From assembly GCA_021613535.1 (NCBI GenBank), contig CP075494.1, positions 4,464,001-4,528,000 of the forward strand: DNA of 64,000 nucleotides, read 5' to 3'. The notes beneath the pieces are model-generated. The model searched no databases. It was not told the DNA's origin and saw only the letters and a program-made list of their open reading frames with translations. Position 1 is the stretch's first letter. Every line of letters begins with the position of its first letter. Shown one piece after another: positions 60,990 to 64,000 of this stretch. The position numbers and the translations under genes are program-made. Source of the DNA: Adineta vaga (Eukaryota > Animalia > Rotifera).

Positions 60990-61074
60990 TGAGGGTGAGG
61001 GTGTGGATGAGAGTGCGGGTGGCATTGATGAATAAATATATCACTCACCCACACCCACTCACCCTCCCTCACCC
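60990..61074. repeat. Hairpin element with TGAGGG/TGTGGG-like arms (longest copy)
   Basis: tgagggtgagggtgtggatgagagtgcgggtg...cactcacccacacccactcaccctccctcaccc. Confidence 0.75.
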
Positions 61075-62114
61075 AGGCTCTTGAATATTCTCCATAGCAG
61101 ATTTAGGTACTAGTTTATTATCATAATTACTATTGACCAGTTGCGAACTTGATTTTGAAGTATTTGTTTCAGAGTCATCGAATGCATTAATAGAGTTCCA
61201 TCTTGCAATCATCATTTGATTTTGATCAAAGTTTCTTTCATCATCTATGTTCATTTGTATTTCGAACCTTTCTTTACTTATTACTATTCCTTGATCAATA
61301 GATTTTTTTGCTACTGAACATCAGTTCTGTCTCATTGGCAAAGTCATCAATGTCTTTCGCAGTCAATTTTTGATTTTCACTGTGATCTTTCTTCATTTCG
61401 TTTTCTTTCAGTAAATATCGCTGTTTATAAAAATCGAATACAAACTAACTTTTGTCCTATCAGACATAAATGGTCACTTAGCGATTAACAACTACTAAAA
61501 ATCTTGTCTGAATATAATAATATAGATAAGAGATAAATACCATGCTCGTTCACGAGGAAAAACCCTCGAGTAAAACTTCAAATGCACTTTTTCATTTACA
61601 CACGGAATTCGAAGATGAAAACCTACCGTTGAAATACTGTAGAATACGTATACGTAGTATAATTCTGATAACTCGAAAATATAATATATAAAAACAATCA
61701 GTATCCACAAAGAGAACACGAACTGTGAGTAGAAACAAAAATCATACATGATTTATTATAACATAGTAGTCGCATTAGTAAATAGCGTAATCTTCCTCTC
61801 AATCTAAAAAGAAAAGAAATCAAACATCGTATAGGCAAGTTCGTAAAGAAATGTATTTTTATCTGTGTATGCTTGTTCACAGTTACCTATACAATGAATG
61901 TACGAAAAGAAAAAAGAAAACCATACATCGCTCACTTATTCACGCGCTCTTTTCCCAGAAAGTTCGTATAGATATTATCATGAATAAAAACATCTAGAGG
62001 ATCAATTTTACTCTTTATTTCATATGTCATAAACATTTGTTGATGGTTTCTGTTGCATGCAGTTGAACAGATTGTGAAATGAGGATTATTTTTCTTCATC
62101 GTTTACTACTTTGG

Positions 62115-63707
62115 TTATAGCAGGACTTTATCTTGATGTATGATTCCATATTTTTGTCTTAATTGATGTAATAATGTATGATTATATGAACAGGTAAGAT
62201 TTTTTTGATTGTCAATAATACCTCCAATTTTCCATTGTCGATATTCATGAACAAGTTCTTCAATCCAAAAGTTAAAACAAAAAAATTTCGTTCGTTCCGA
62301 TCTGATTGTTACTGATGAACAAAATTCTTTATCTTTTTCACACATTTCAATAAATAACTGTCCATCTTTCGCTAAATTTTCATATGGATTCACTGGTATT
62401 CGAAATCCTTGAAGAATAAGTTGACCTGCTTGTCGAACTAACCTTACGATTTCATCTTTTTTAATACCTTTAATTCGTTCATTAATTGGATAATAAAGAC
62501 CTTTAATATAAGGTATTCCACTGGTCATATATTGTTCACCATATGAAGTAAATACGTACTTAGTTTTATCCGAACCATCTGGTTTTAATCCTCCAAGATT
62601 AATATGAACAGATCCATCGGAGAGAAATGTTTGATACATTTGACCAGTTCCTGGTGCACTAATATGAATATTCATTTGACGTAAGAGACGTAATTGTGCT
62701 ATGAATAGATTATCTTGAAATGGCGATTGACTAAAATTTCTCAGTGGAACTTGTTCATAATGAAGATATGAAATATGAATCAATGGCCATTCACGTTGTA
62801 AGTTTTGATTTAAATAAAAATTTGTATAATTATTAATTTCTTGAATTGCCTCTTTGATTTCTTGAATATCATCATCAAAAAAACGTTTATTATGAATAAT
62901 ATATGCTTGAAGAATCTTATTCAATGATAGTTTTTGTCGAATTAATCCATGTTGTCGATACATTCGCTCACGAAATAATCGTGAACCATCTAATTCCAAA
63001 CCACCAGGTAATTGAAAATTTGATTGTGTACAACGTTGACACATTGTTCCACTTCCCATTATGATTTCATCAAACATAAACCAGCGTCGTAAAGACATTT
63101 CTCTTAACATTGTTTCTTTAATGATCGGAAGACCAGAAAATTGTTGATAAATATCTTCACTCCAACATTTCTCACAATCACGAAAATCTGTAAAAAGTCG
63201 AAACGGTTGAAGATGTCGAGGAGTAAATCGAATTAGTGCAAGATAAGCTGGATAGAGACCATCAAATAATGCATGACCAATATTATATTGCCAATCTTGA
63301 ATAAAATAAACAGTTGGATCAGGAATAATAGTTGGTTCAGCGATCGTTCGAACATAATCTTCTAAAGAACGATAAGAATCAAATTCACGTTCTGCTATTA
63401 CTGTTGACCAAACTTGAAGAGAATTTGTTCGAACGGAATAATTTGGTAGAGATGTTCCTTTGACTTTGAAAATCATAAATCCACTATTGATATAATATAA
63501 ATTTTCAAATAAACAAGATTGATTTATCAATGAACCTACACAACGAATACGTGTTTCAAACGTTTTATTTTTTTCATCAATCGATGTTGATTTAATTTGA
63601 AGTATAACAGATTTGACCATCACTTTCTGTCTTACAATAACGAAGAGAAGAATAAGACTGATAATAATAATTAAGAATTTAACAAATGATTTTATTGATG
63701 ATGCCAT
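62115..63707 (-). CDS. Type II membrane glycosyltransferase, GT61-like, intronless
   Basis: N-terminal signal anchor; SCLFENLYY; YNIGHALFDGLYP; WFMFDEIIMG; QLRLLRQMNIHISAPGTGQMYQTFLSDGSVHINL (GT61-like C-terminal motif). Confidence 0.72.
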   Translation of the reverse strand: MASSIKSFVKFLIIIISLILLFVIVRQKVMVKSVILQIKSTSIDEKNKTFETRIRCVGSLINQSCLFENLYYINSGFMIFKVKGTSLPNYSVRTNSLQVWSTVIAEREFDSYRSLEDYVRTIAEPTIIPDPTVYFIQDWQYNIGHALFDGLYPAYLALIRFTPRHLQPFRLFTDFRDCEKCWSEDIYQQFSGLPIIKETMLREMSLRRWFMFDEIIMGSGTMCQRCTQSNFQLPGGLELDGSRLFRERMYRQHGLIRQKLSLNKILQAYIIHNKRFFDDDIQEIKEAIQEINNYTNFYLNQNLQREWPLIHISYLHYEQVPLRNFSQSPFQDNLFIAQLRLLRQMNIHISAPGTGQMYQTFLSDGSVHINLGGLKPDGSDKTKYVFTSYGEQYMTSGIPYIKGLYYPINERIKGIKKDEIVRLVRQAGQLILQGFRIPVNPYENLAKDGQLFIEMCEKDKEFCSSVTIRSERTKFFCFNFWIEELVHEYRQWKIGGIIDNQKNLTCSYNHTLLHQLRQKYGIIHQDKVLL

Positions 63708-64000
63708 CTTTCGTCTAATCAACATTCTGATTTCAATCAGAAAACACCGAAGTTTTAACAGTTGCTTTTATGGTAAACATTTCGATTTGATTGAAAAATG
63801 TTAACAAAATTATTTACATAACTGTACTTTTCTCTTTTTTCATTCTGTCTCAAAAAAGAATTCAACGTTGAATCTACCAAAGAAATGATTCATTCAAGGT
63901 AAAATTTATTATCATCGTGGTCCTCATGTGCAAATATCCTTCAAAATAAGATAAGCCATTTGTTTTCGTTTGTGTAAACATAATTTGTACTATAATCGAA

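Noticed and set aside
1-64000. Bacterial contamination, operons, rRNA/tRNA genes
   Set aside because: Spliceosomal introns occur throughout, including in foreign-looking genes, and composition is uniform. No rRNA or tRNA structure was recognised by eye (tRNAscan/Infernal not run).

Overview
AT-rich eukaryotic genomic DNA with short (mostly ~50-60 nt) GT-AG introns. It is most likely from a bdelloid rotifer (inference from gene content): a glutamate receptor with a K+-channel TxxGYG filter (AvGluR1 type), giant LDLa/EGF-repeat GPCRs, NHL and FG-GAP propellers, bdelloid-type F-box genes, TGTGGG/TGAGGG telomere-like repeats, and many non-metazoan-looking genes. About 30 genes or gene remnants are present. 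Several are reconstructed here by manual splicing and are missed or fragmented by the ORF track (F-box at the left edge, a 7-exon neuronal calcium sensor, two astacins, acyl-CoA oxidase, an omega-type desaturase). Main highlights: (1) a dense set of candidate horizontally acquired genes (PqiA, SatP/GPR1, GH-A hydrolase, two bacterial-type AAA ATPases, Gre2-like reductase, DUF2892/YgaP-like, GT61), some intronized; (2) an AAA ATPase pair with diverged N-termini but a near-identical ATPase block, including one intron; (3) a stonustoxin-like pore-former plus GTPase fusion; (4) a dispersed family of short hairpin elements with telomere-repeat arms; (5) a non-autonomous hAT-type element with a perfect 8-bp target-site duplication at a gene's stop codon; (6) many receptor genes broken by in-frame stops or 1-nt indels. 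All family assignments come from motif recognition, not database searches.
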